The notes under the pieces were generated by a model, which made no database searches, was not told where the DNA came from, and saw only the letters and a list, made by a program, of their open reading frames with translations. From Lama glama (Eukaryota): DNA of 64,000 bases. A program made the position numbers and the translations under genes. Positions 41,701-52,600 of the stretch are shown here, piece after piece. The stretch is from positions 39,930,001 to 39,994,000 of the forward strand of contig CM052817.1 in NCBI GenBank assembly GCA_028534125.1. Direction: 5' to 3'. The number at the start of each line of letters is the position of its first letter. Within the stretch, counting starts at the first letter, position 1.

Positions 41701-41907
41701 CAAGATCACAGGCACCATCTCCACTGTTCCAGCTCCTCTGTGTGTTCCAGTCCACCAACCTTTAGATGTGCAGATGCATATCTCTTCAGCGCCCTGATGT
41801 GGTAGGCGGACACCTTTGCTGAGTTACAGATGTTTTAGTAGTTGTAGACTGAAAGGGAGAGAAACAAAGGGAGCATCTCCTGCCACCATGATGCTGATGT
41901 CACCTCC
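35781..41907 (-). mobile_element. Near full-length, decayed L1 antisense in COQ2 intron 5
   Basis: Poly-T at 35781; ORF2 remnants (36961-37143 [14 protein letters not shown]; 37745-37957 [16 protein letters not shown]); ORF1 coiled-coil remnant (40667-40894); GC-richer 5' UTR starting GGAGGTGACATCAGCATCATGGTGGC on the minus strand. Confidence 0.93.
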
Positions 41908-42834
41908 TTGAAGATACTCTTTTTCTGAAAAAAAAAATCTTTCACAATTCCATGGCAACAACAGAATATTTTTGAAAACTATTCTCACTGACAGTTTTGT
42001 GATCCACATGATTAAGGACACAGTTTGTATCCTCAAGGTGCTTGTAGTTTGAAAGGAAAAACATATACTAACCCCCCACTCACTATTATTATTTGGATTT
42101 GGGACCCCAGAAGATTGCCTATCAGGTAACTGTCTCTCTGCCTGTAGTTAGGTACAGTGTTCAGCGTGAAGCCTCTGATATCATGTGACCATGATTACAG
42201 CAGTATATGGAAATGCTCACAAATAAAATTGCCAGAAGAGACTAGCCAGCCAGATCTGAGTGTATTATCAAGCCTAGCTCTCCTTAAGCAGAAAGAATTT
42301 GATGGTAGAGAAAAAGGAATAAATTGAGCTAGAAGTGAAATGTGAGTGGATGTGGTTAGGAGTGCAAGTGAGCATTTTTCTCCATCTGTGATTTTTAGCA
42401 AGACTGAAACTACAATGTACAGGAAACTATTGAGATTTGAGAACTCTGAAGTAAAGAGGAGCTACACGAAGAATTAGAGTTGAGTTTGACTTCTAATTTA
42501 GTAAAAGAACAGTTAAAAGTCATAGGGGTATAAGTACAATGATACATAGAAATAGACCTGGAAGATAATTTTAGCAGTAACATTTAACTTTGATTTGGCC
42601 TGCACATTCATTATTGATCAACTGTGTTTCTGAGTAACTGTCATTTTCCACAACTTACAGTATATCTGCATGTTTTTTTAAAGATAGTTTCTTCTGGATT
42701 TAAGCAGTAGTAATGGTTGCACAACCTTGTAAATATACTAAAACCACTGAATCACATGCTTCAAAATGATGAGTTTTATGATATGTGAATTAAATCTCAG
42801 TAAAACCCAGTCTCTTATTACTTTCTGATGTCAG

Positions 42835-43023
42835 GACAAGAGAGATGATGCTCTGATTGGGCTTAAGTCCACAGCCCTGCGGTTTCGTGAGGACACCAAG
42901 CAGTGGCTCAGTGGCTTCAGTGTGGCCATGCTGGGGGCTCTGAGCCTGGTGGGAGTGAATAGCAATCAGACTGCACCCTACTACGCCGCTCTGGCTGCTG
43001 TAGGAGTCCATCTGGCTCACCAG
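42835..43023 (+). CDS. COQ2: COQ2 exon 6 (189 nt); last exon found, terminal exon 7 not present
   Basis: Acceptor gatgtcag|; [63 protein letters not shown], completing the YAHQDxxDD motif; donor CAG|GTTTGA. Exons 1-6 total 960 nt (320 codons) without a stop. Confidence 0.97.
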
Positions 43024-44379
43024 GTTTGATCTTTTTCTTATCTTTCCCTCATTTTTCCTTGGCATAAGTTATAAAAATTATTTAAACAAAATGCCCTCTG
43101 TCTTTACCAAACAAATTATTTCCTAAAACAACTACCTAGCTTGTACTGCTTTGAACCACCTCCTCCCTGCCCCAGTTTGTCATATTAAAAAGTTAGCTGT
43201 ATTATTTTAGAAAATAATATAAACCTAAACCTAGAATTTTTTCCTTCTGATTTTCCTGGAATTATTTCTAATGCATGTCTAAAAAAAAATTTGAACAGTG
43301 TCTTAAGGTTGCATGTTGAGTTGAATTACTCTGAAAGCAAACTGACTGACACAATTGTATTTTTTAAATGTGGGCTTCTGTTGACGGTTAGCAAACTAAT
43401 CATTCAGATGTTTGGGTCCCAGTGGCATACAGACCAAGGCCAAATAAGACATAAAATGCTAACGTGTCAGAGTTCTGGCTACACAGTAGGAAACTGTCAG
43501 AATATTCACCCAGCACCCCAGCTCCCGCATGGTTATATTGCATATCTACATTATTGACTTTTGTAAAATGAATGAACTAAATCGAATTTTAATTAAATAG
43601 ATTGCTTGTAAACAGACTGTATTTTTGTATATATATTATATATATATAAGTTAGTGTTATTTTATTTGAATAAAATTGAAAAGATGTTAGTCAGCCTGTA
43701 TTTAGGTGATCATTGCAAGTTACTTATCAGTGTGAGCAAGTCTTATATAACATGGTATAAATGAAACTAAAATCTGATGTTCATAAACTAATCCACATGC
43801 TGTATCACTTTCATTGTTTTCCTCATTAGGAAAGTTAAAAGATATGAATTAGTGATTCTCCAGATCTCACCATTTGCCTCATTAGTATTTCTCAGCATCC
43901 CTTTTTGGTCATAACTCAACTCCATGGGAGCTGTCATCATCAGTTGATTGTCTGGTCAGGATAATGAATCTTTAGCAATATTTAAGCATCTGGATTTTAG
44001 CAGAGGAAGGCAAAAATCATGAGGATAATCACAAATATAAGAAAATAGTTTGGAACCCATCTTATATTGTAAATTACATTTGTGGCCCTCTGTCCAGTCG
44101 TTGACGCAATGCTTTAAGACAGACATAGCCTTCTAGTATTTGAAGAGAAGGAAGTCATGATGATTTTCAGTACGCAGTCCCCATAATAAACAATAGTTGG
44201 AAATAAGGGGTGCTGATGTTTAAGCCTAGGAAAGAGTGAAACAGGAACATAAGAGTTTCTCGGTGTATTTGTGGGACAACCATGGAGAAAAAGGAGTATG
44301 TTTGTTCTGGGTTGCTAGCTGCAGATCTAGGTTTTTAGATCCATTTCTCTGTGTGGAGATGGAAGAGAGATTTTCACAC

Positions 44380-44552
44380 GTCCATGAGGGTATTTGCAGG
44401 TATCATAAATAACCTGGGGGGAGGGGTCACTATAGGCATTTGGTGGGTGAGGGCCAGGTATGTTAAACATCTCTTGGCTCACTGGACAGCCCTGCACAAC
44501 AGAGACTTGTCCTGCCCAGATGTAACTTGTTCTCCTGTTGAGAAGCATTGCT
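44380..44552. mobile_element. MER20-like DNA transposon relic
   Basis: 'ggcatttggtgggtgagggccagg...gacagccctgcacaacagagacttgtcctgcccag...gttgagaagcattg'. Confidence 0.6.
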
Positions 44553-44821
44553 CTGAAGGACAAAGGCAGAACTGGAGGGTAAGAATTGTAGGAAGCAGAT
44601 TTTGGATCAGTCAGTATAAGGGAGAGTTTTCTAAGTAGAATTAGAAATGCATTTGCTGCCTGTCAGTGTTCATGCTGCCTGTCAGTGTTTGTGCAGCCCT
44701 CAAGTGCAAGTTTTTGTGACACAGCTTAGATGATAACCATTGAGAAATATGGTGGGATTTTTCTACATTAGGAAACAGCCTGGGGGTACATCAAGGGCTT
44801 CTCATTGCTTAAAACTCTGTA

Positions 44822-46754
44822 ATAGCTTCCCACTAAAATCTGGGACAAGACAAGGATGCCCACTATCACCACTCCTATTCAACATAGTCCTGGAAGTCCT
44901 AGCCACAGCAATCAGGCAAGAGAAAGAAATAAAAGGGATCCAAAGTGGAAAAGAAGAGGTTAAAGTGTCATTATATGGTGATGACATGTTACTATATTTA
45001 GAAAACCCTAAAAGGTCCACACAAAAGCTACTAGAGCTGATTGACGAATTCAGCAAGGTAGCAGATTACAAAATCAACGTACAAAAATCAGTTGCATTTC
45101 TTTACACTAACGATAAATCAACAGAAAAAGAAAGTAAAGAAACAATCCCCTTTAAAATAGCACCCAAAGTAATAAAATATCTGGGAATAAATCTAACCAA
45201 GGAGGTGAAAGAATTATACACAGAAAACTATAAACCATTGATGAAGGAAATTAAAGAAGACTTTAAAAAATGGAAAGATANNNNNNNNNNNNNNNNNNNN
45301 NNNNNNNNNNNNNNNNNNNNNNNNNNNNNNNNNNNNNNNNNNNNNNNNNNNNNNNNNNNNNNNNNNNNNNNNNNNNNNNNNNNNNNNNNNNNNNNNNNNN
45401 NNNNNNNNNNNNNNNNNNNNNNNNNNNNNNNNNNNNNNNNNNNNNNNNNNNNNNNNNNNNNNNNNNNNNNNNNNNNNNNNNNNNNNNNNNNNNNNNNNNN
45501 NNNNNNNNNNNNNNNNNNNNNNNNNNNNNNNNNNNNNNNNNNNNNNNNNNNNNNNNNNNNNNNNNNNNNNNNNNNNNNNNNNNNNNNNNNNNNNNNNNNN
45601 NNNNNNNNNNNNNNNNNNNNNNNNNNNNNNNNNNNNNNNNNNNNNNNNNNNNNNNNNNNNNNNNNNNNNNNNNNNNNNNNNNNNNNNNNNNNNNNNNNNN
45701 NNNNNNNNNNNNNNNNNNNNNNNNNNNNNNNNNNNNNNNNNNNNNNNNNNNNNNNNNNNNNNNNNNNNNNNNNNNNNNNNCTCCAGAATTTATAAGCAGC
45801 TCATATGACTCAATAAGAAAAAAATAAACAACCCAATCCAAAAATGGGCAGAAGACCTAAACAAGCAATTCTCCAAGGAAGACATACAAATGATCAAAAG
45901 GTGCATGAAAAAATGCTCAATATCACTAATTATCAGAGAAATGCAAATCAAAACTACCATGAGGTATCACCTCACACCAGTCAGAATGGCTGTCATTCAA
46001 AAATCCAAAAATGACAAATGCTGGAGAGGCTGTGGAGAAAGGGGAACCCTCCTACACTGCTGGTGGGAATGCAGTTTGGTGCAGCCACTATGGAAAACAG
46101 TGTGGAGATTCCTCAAAAGACTAGGAATAGACTTACCATATGACCCAGAAATCCCACTCCTGGGCTTATTTCCAGAAGGAACCCTACCTCAGGATGACAC
46201 CTGCACCCCACTGTTCACAGCAGCACTATTTACAATAGTCAAGACATGGAAACAGCCTAAATGTCCATCAACAGATGACTGGATAAAGAAAAAGTGGTAT
46301 ATTTATACAATGGAATACTACTCAGCCATAAAAACCAACAACATAACGCCATTTGCAGCAACATGGATGCTCCTGGAGAATGTCATTCTAAGTGAAGTAA
46401 GCCAGAAGGAGAAAGAAAAATACCATATGAGATCGCTCATATTTGGAATCTAAAAAACAAAAACAAACAAACAAACAAAAACAAAGCATGAATACAGGAC
46501 AGAAATAAATTCATAGACATAGAATACAGACTTGTGGTTGCCAGGGGGCGGAGGGTGGGAAGGGATAGACTGGAATTTCAAAATTGTAGAATAAATAACC
46601 AAGATTATACTGTATAGCACAGGGAATCACAGAGGAAAAAATGTGATAATGAGTGTGTATATGTCCATGTATGACTGAAAAATTGTGCTGAACACTAGAA
46701 TTTGACACAACATTGTAAAATGATTATAAATCAATAAAAAATGTTAAAAAAAAA
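44822..46754 (+). mobile_element. Young 5'-truncated L1 sequence (RT domain to poly-A) spanning an assembly gap; possibly two different copies
   Basis: Open RT segment ([21 protein letters not shown]...YGDD...KYLGINL); C-terminal [18 protein letters not shown]; in-frame TGA at 45806-45808; AATAAA 46733-46738; poly-A 46746-46754. Confidence 0.95.
45281..45780. other. Assembly gap (500 N)
   Basis: Directly visible. Confidence 1.
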
Positions 46755-47081
46755 TGACCCAGCTGAGATTCAAAATAGGCCTTTGACCACACTTGGCTTC
46801 CTCTGCTTATTGAATGTTTTTTCTATGGTCAAAGAAGTTAACAGCAGTAGTAGGAAGAAGCAACACCAGCACCAGCAGATAGCACTTACTGAGCACTTAC
46901 CTTGTGCCAGGCCCCGTCCTAAGTGCTTTGTACATTTGATCACCTATTTCTCACAGTCTCCCCATGAAGTAGGTATTACAGTTGTCTCTGTATGACTGGC
47001 ACAGACAGATTGAGCAACCAGCGCAAGATGATACAGGATAAGAATTCAGATCCAGTCCTTCGGTTCAAGAGCACAAGGATC

Positions 47082-47528
47082 TGATAAAGACTCAGCTCTC
47101 CTTAACCAAACTCGGGCTCCTCTGAGCCCTCTTCTCAATGAGGCCCCATCCTTGTCTTCACTCTGTCCTTGCTGAGTCCAGTTGTAACAATCTTGCTAAG
47201 TCAGTTTAGACAGAATCCCCTACCCTTGATATCTGATCGAATTCCTCATCCCCTCATTGATTTCTCATCAGCTTGGCCTCTCTTCAGCAAGAATCCTGTT
47301 AAGTCAGTTCAGCAAGAATCCCTACCCTTAATGTCTTCTCTTAGTACGTTTTCATTTATCTACTGACCTCAGACTTCGTGTCGGCTATAGATCCCTAGCT
47401 GTGTTCTCTGTATTCAGAGTTGAGCCTCAGCTCTCTTCCCTATTGTGAGAGTCTTGACTCCTATCACAGTAGTTCTGATTTAAGTCCTTACCATGTTAAC
47501 AAGTGTCAGACTAAATTTTTCTTTAACA
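47082..47528 (+). mobile_element. MER31-like ERV1 solo LTR
   Basis: 'tgataaagactc...ctccttaaccaaact...ggctcctctgagccctcttctc' through 'ttttctttaaca'; TG...CA ends. Confidence 0.7.
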
Positions 47529-48523
47529 TCCCTAACCAGGGGGTATGTTGCCTTCTCAGGTCAGAGGGCTGAAGATGTGTGAAGAAGGAAAGCAGGAGTT
47601 AGCACAAAATGAGATAAGCTGGGTGTCAGAACATCTCATCCTTCCCAGACTCCTCTGCCCTTTTATGCCTTTGCACAAACTGTTACTGAAATGGCCCCAC
47701 CACTGTTCCCCACACCTCCTAACCCTAAACTCCTGTGCGCCCTCCATCAACCTATTCAGGCATCACCAGGTAAAGTTGGCCTCCACTTCCCTAAGTAGGT
47801 TTTAGAACTCCTTTCTCTGAGCAGCAGACTTCTCTCTTAATGCCTGTATTAGAATACTGCATTGCCATCATTTATAAGTCTGTCTTCTTTAGTAGACTGA
47901 GGACTCTTCTATGTGAAGGCCATGCCACCTTCTTCTTAAATTCAAGACCTTTAAACCACTGCCTGATTCTCAGTGGCTTACATAATAAAAGCTCACTGTG
48001 AATCCCAAAAGACAGTTCCTGACCTGCAGGAGAGCTTCCATGTGATCATTTGGAAGCTCCTTTCATCTTACGGCTCCATCTTCTGCTAGGAACTTTAAGT
48101 TCTCTGCATTCAACTGGAAGATGAAAGAGAGGGATGAAGGATTGCATGTGAAAGCTGGAAGTAGCGCTCTCCCCTTCTGCTCACATTCCACTGGCTACAA
48201 CCCAGTCACATGGCCACAACCTAACTGCAAGGGAGTCTGGAAAATGTAGTCTCACTGTTTGGTCTAGAAAAGGAAATGGGCCACAGACAAGCTGGCTAGT
48301 TTTGAATTATGGTTCTGTCACTTACTAATTATGTGAACTTGGACAAGTTGCTCCACTTTTTAGACCCACAATTTCCTTATCTGTGTAAACAAGAATAATG
48401 CCTATTTCGTGGAGTTGATATAGGGAATAAATGAGTTAATATATGTAAAGTACTTAGAACAGTGCCCAGAATCTAGTAAATGCCATATAAAGGTTGACTA
48501 TTATCTGCATTAATATCCTCTAA

Positions 48524-48695
48524 CTAGTATAGCACAGGGAACTGTATTCAATGTCTTGTAGTAACCTGTGGTGAAAGAAATGAAAATGAATATATGTATG
48601 TTTGACTGAAGCATTATGCTGACACTAGAAATTAACACAACATTGTAAACTGACTGTACTTCAATAAATAAATATATATATACACACACAAAGAA
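48524..48695 (+). mobile_element. Short L1 3' tail with TSD
   Basis: Same tail family as 13115-13245; TSD aa[t/a]atcctctaa at 48512-48523 and 48696-48707. Confidence 0.85.
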
Positions 48696-49305
48696 AAAAT
48701 CCTCTAATCAAAACTCTCTTCACCTTCCCCTCTAACCCAGAGTAAAAGCTCAAGTTTTTATAATGACCTGTGAAATCTTTAATATTCTATTCCCAATCGT
48801 CTCCTGCTTCTCTCACCACTGAAACCACCCTGACAGCTTTTTGCTCTTTTTCGAAAGTGCCAGGCACACTCCCACCTCAGGGCCTTTGACTCTCTGCCCG
48901 GAAGGCTCTTCGCCAGGTTTCTGCATGGCTCACTCCCAAACTCCTTCAGAGGTCTGCTCAGACGGACCTGCCCTGGAAAGCTGCAAGCATCCCCACCTCC
49001 AACACTCCCCATTCGCCTTCCCTACATTATTCTTTTTCTTGTCTTCTACCATCTAATATGCCATAGATTCACCTTACTTTTCATGTGTATCTGTCTTCCC
49101 TGCTGGGCCTTAAGCTCCACAAGGGCAGGAAGTTCTGCCTGTTTTTCCCAATTCTGTATCCCCAGCACCTGTAATACTGTTTATTCAACGTATCAGTAAG
49201 AGAGCAAATGAAGGAATGGTGATTTTTCATGACACACTAACATCTCTGACCTTATTAAACACACATCTGTGGTGACTATGATTTCTGTATTGTCAGACAT
49301 ACAAC

Positions 49306-49790
49306 TGAAGGGGTTCAGAACAAGTCTCCCCAAAATGTGCCACTCTGGCATGTGGGTTACTTTGAGCTGAAAACAATCCAGACCCAGCAGACTCAAGAAG
49401 AACTTTCACCTCTTTCTTAACTGCTTAAAAGAATTTGGTCAGGGAGCCTGTCCAGAAAGAGCACAGTTGCCAGAGATGACTTTTCTCTGAATGGTGTAAC
49501 TACATGGGAGGACAGACATCTAATAACTGAGCATCTGCTGGCCTTATCATCCCGTAAATTACCACCCTCCCCTTTGAAGCTCCAGGCCCCACTTCCATCC
49601 CATTTCTCAGCCCAGGAGGACATATAAGCCACAATTACCTGACTTGTCCTTGGGTCTCATTGTTTTTGTGGGATTCCTGTATGTATATAGTTAGATTTGT
49701 TTTTCTCTTGTTATCTGTATTATGTCAGTTTACTTAGTAGACCAGCTAAAAGAATCTAGAAAGGTAGAAGAAAATATTTCCTCCCCTACA
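49306..49790 (+). mobile_element. MER34-like ERV1 solo LTR
   Basis: 'tgaaggggttcagaac...cccaaaatgtgccactctggcat' through 'tttcctcccctaca'. Confidence 0.8.
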
Positions 49791-51819
49791 CACATAATCC
49801 ATTAATTATGGGCAATATGCAAACACGCTATAGGAGACAGTGTATAGCAACACATGAGACAATAGAGTCCCTTGTCTCCAAGGAGCCATGGCTTGACCAG
49901 GAACTGAATTATCTGAAATTAGGACAGTCTCAGAAATCCCAGGAAGCAAGATTCTTGTAGTCTTAGACTATAACCTGCAGGAGAATGGCAAGAATAAATT
50001 TGCTGGTGCTTCTTTAAAACCCAGAGCCCAGTGCAGTGATCCACTCAGCATGTGGAATCTGGCATATTCTGAGCCTCACAGCATCCAGTGACAAAGATTA
50101 TAGTTCATACAGTGTGTTAAAATGAACACCAATTAATTGCAGCCAGAATGCAAACAACTGAAGAAATGTGTGTCCCCCCCCCTTTTTTTTAACAGAAGTG
50201 AATTTCTTCCAGTGTTACTGTGACCTTTTGTGATTGTGTCCTGTCATTTTCCTGTCAATTTTTCCAGTGATTGTGTCAATTCAGAGGAAGAGAGCAATGC
50301 AGAAGTCAGTTTTGCAAGATTTGCATCAAGTCAAACAACACCTTTTCCCCCTCAAAAAGATGAAATATTTTTTCATTGCTTAAAGTAGCACTAACAGAAT
50401 AGGTGATGGACCAGGTGCTACTTCCCCACCCAGGGGCTAATTTTAATTTTTGTCCCAAAATAGATGTATTTAAACAGACACTTCACAGAGTGTGTATTTC
50501 ACAGGATGTGAAAACACTGAAACCAATTTCACTAGTCTGGGTGGGGTCGGACTTTCTATCCACAATTCAGTTGAACCCACCTATGTGGTAACTGAACCCT
50601 CCCACAAAACAAAACAAGTTTGAATGGGTCTGGCTGCAGCCAATAGCAATTAAGGGCAGGGTCCTGAAGCTTTGTTTTCAGAAAAAAAAAATACTTGTCT
50701 GTGACTCCCCCCCACCTCAGATGACTCCCCCACTTCCTACCCCACCCCAACCTAGGTGGGGTTCTTATGTTTGATTTTCTCAAAGCACCTCTTTGCAATG
50801 CTTAGCATTTGTGATTGTCTGTGGTTACCTGTCTTCTCACACTACAACATCAGCCTGGGAAGGGACTGACTTGCTTAGATCACATTTGCTACAGTATCCT
50901 GGATGTCTGGCACAGTTAAGTGCTCAGTAAATATGTGTCTTGTTAACCAACTGACTGAGAACCTTCTAGCTGTGATTAACATGGAGAAGTCAACGGAGCA
51001 CTGCATTTAATCAGAGCACCCTAGTCTCTTCTTGACTCCACCTTTTCTAGATTTGTGATTCTGGAAAAGTCACCTAGCATTTTTGAGCTTCTATTTCTCC
51101 ACCTGGAAAATAAGAATGATAATAATAATATCCTCCTCTGGGGCGTTCTAAGGAGCAAATGTTAACATGGACTTGTAAATGCCTGGGAGACATTCAAAGC
51201 ACATCAGGCAAATTCAGTTATGTGGTGAACATTTCAGTGTTGATGCTATAAAAGATGGTGGGAAGTGAGTAATTTAAAGATTGCAGATATGACCTTCTAT
51301 ATCTTCACCACCTGAAGCCAGTTTATTTGAGATAAAAACATGGGAACTTGTGCAAGTGGCAACAAATAAACACATATTTATTAACTGCCTTCGCTTGTCT
51401 GGACTACTTGACTGCAATCTCCCTGCAGCCAGGGAGCTCACTGAGTGCCGAGTCTTCAGCCAGGGTCAGACCTAAGTGTATTCAACACACGTTAACTGAA
51501 TGAATGAATCCCTGTCCTAAATGATCTCTACGCGTCCTTGGACTGTTGAACCCGCCCGTTCCTTCATGCACGAGGCATGTAACTAATGCCCAGGAATTAA
51601 GTTGCTTTACCTGTATCCAAACTCTTTCCATCTTTTAGTGTTTATAAATTCACCCCTGAATTTTGCTTCCTCTTGGCATAGGATTGTATCTAACCGCTAA
51701 TCGTCTGGATTAGCCAAATGACACCTTAATTTCAATGGGTAGCTACAGATTCGGGATTTCCCAGTGATGTGTTAAGGCGGAATTTCTAGGTAACTGGCGC
51801 AGTAAGAAAAGTTACTATC

Positions 51820-52025
51820 AAAGTGGTTTCCTGGGGTTGGTGGGGAAGGGAAATGGGGAGTTATTGTTTCATGGGTATAGAGTTTCCGTTTTACAAGATG
51901 AAAAAGTTCTGGAGAGTAGTGTCACAGAATGTGAATACATTTAATTCTACCTAACTGTGCTCTTAAAAACAGGTGAGTCAACAAGTTTTATGTTACGTGT
52001 ATTTTTACCATAACATTTTAAAATG
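51820..52025 (+). mobile_element. L1MB-like 3' fragment
   Basis: 'ggaaatggggagttattgtttcatgggtatagagtttccgttttacaagatgaaaaagttctggag'. Confidence 0.75.
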
Positions 52026-52374
52026 TGATTGTTGAAAGTCTCCACCATACACTAAAGAAAGAGGGTAAGACCGCCAAGCAATAAAGACATTGCATTATAT
52101 ACAGCCTGGGTGTTCTTACCACCTCTGGAATTCTTACAGGTACGTAAAAGTGCAGCTCTGTAGGTCAAATAGGAATGAAATATCTTCCAAATATTTCATA
52201 TCCCCAGAGTCAGTGAAAAATGAGCTTAGAAAAATGTGTCCACACTATAAAATAGTATGTAAAAGTTATTAAATGAACAAAATGCATTGACCTAAATGAA
52301 CTCTGACATTTTCTCTAGAGGCAACTCAGAGTAATTGAACTAAGATTCGTTGCCACAGCTGGGATTTTGGGGGT

Positions 52375-52600
52375 TTTTTTTCCCAGTTTTATTGAGATAT
52401 GATTGACATACAGCATTGTGTGAGTTTAAGGTGTACAACATGTTGATCTGATACACTTACACACTGGAAAACTATTACCACCTGTAGCTAATACTGCCAT
52501 GTGTCACAAATTACTGTTTCTTTCTTGTGGTGAGAACACTTTAGATCTAGTCTCTTAGCAACTTTCAAGTATATAATACGGTATTAATTATTATTAATAG
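52375..52600 (-). mobile_element. Antisense L1MA-like 3' fragment
   Basis: 'ttttattgagatatgattgacatac...tttaaggtgtacaacatg...tctcttagcaactttcaagtatataatac'. Confidence 0.75.

Noticed and set aside
44740..45841. Long ORFs (351, 192, 185 aa) in the ORF track
   Set aside because: Inflated by the N gap; the real part is L1 ORF2.
45890..46453. 187-aa ORF with a Cys/His motif
   Set aside because: C-terminus of L1 ORF2 in a truncated copy with an upstream in-frame stop; not a host gene.
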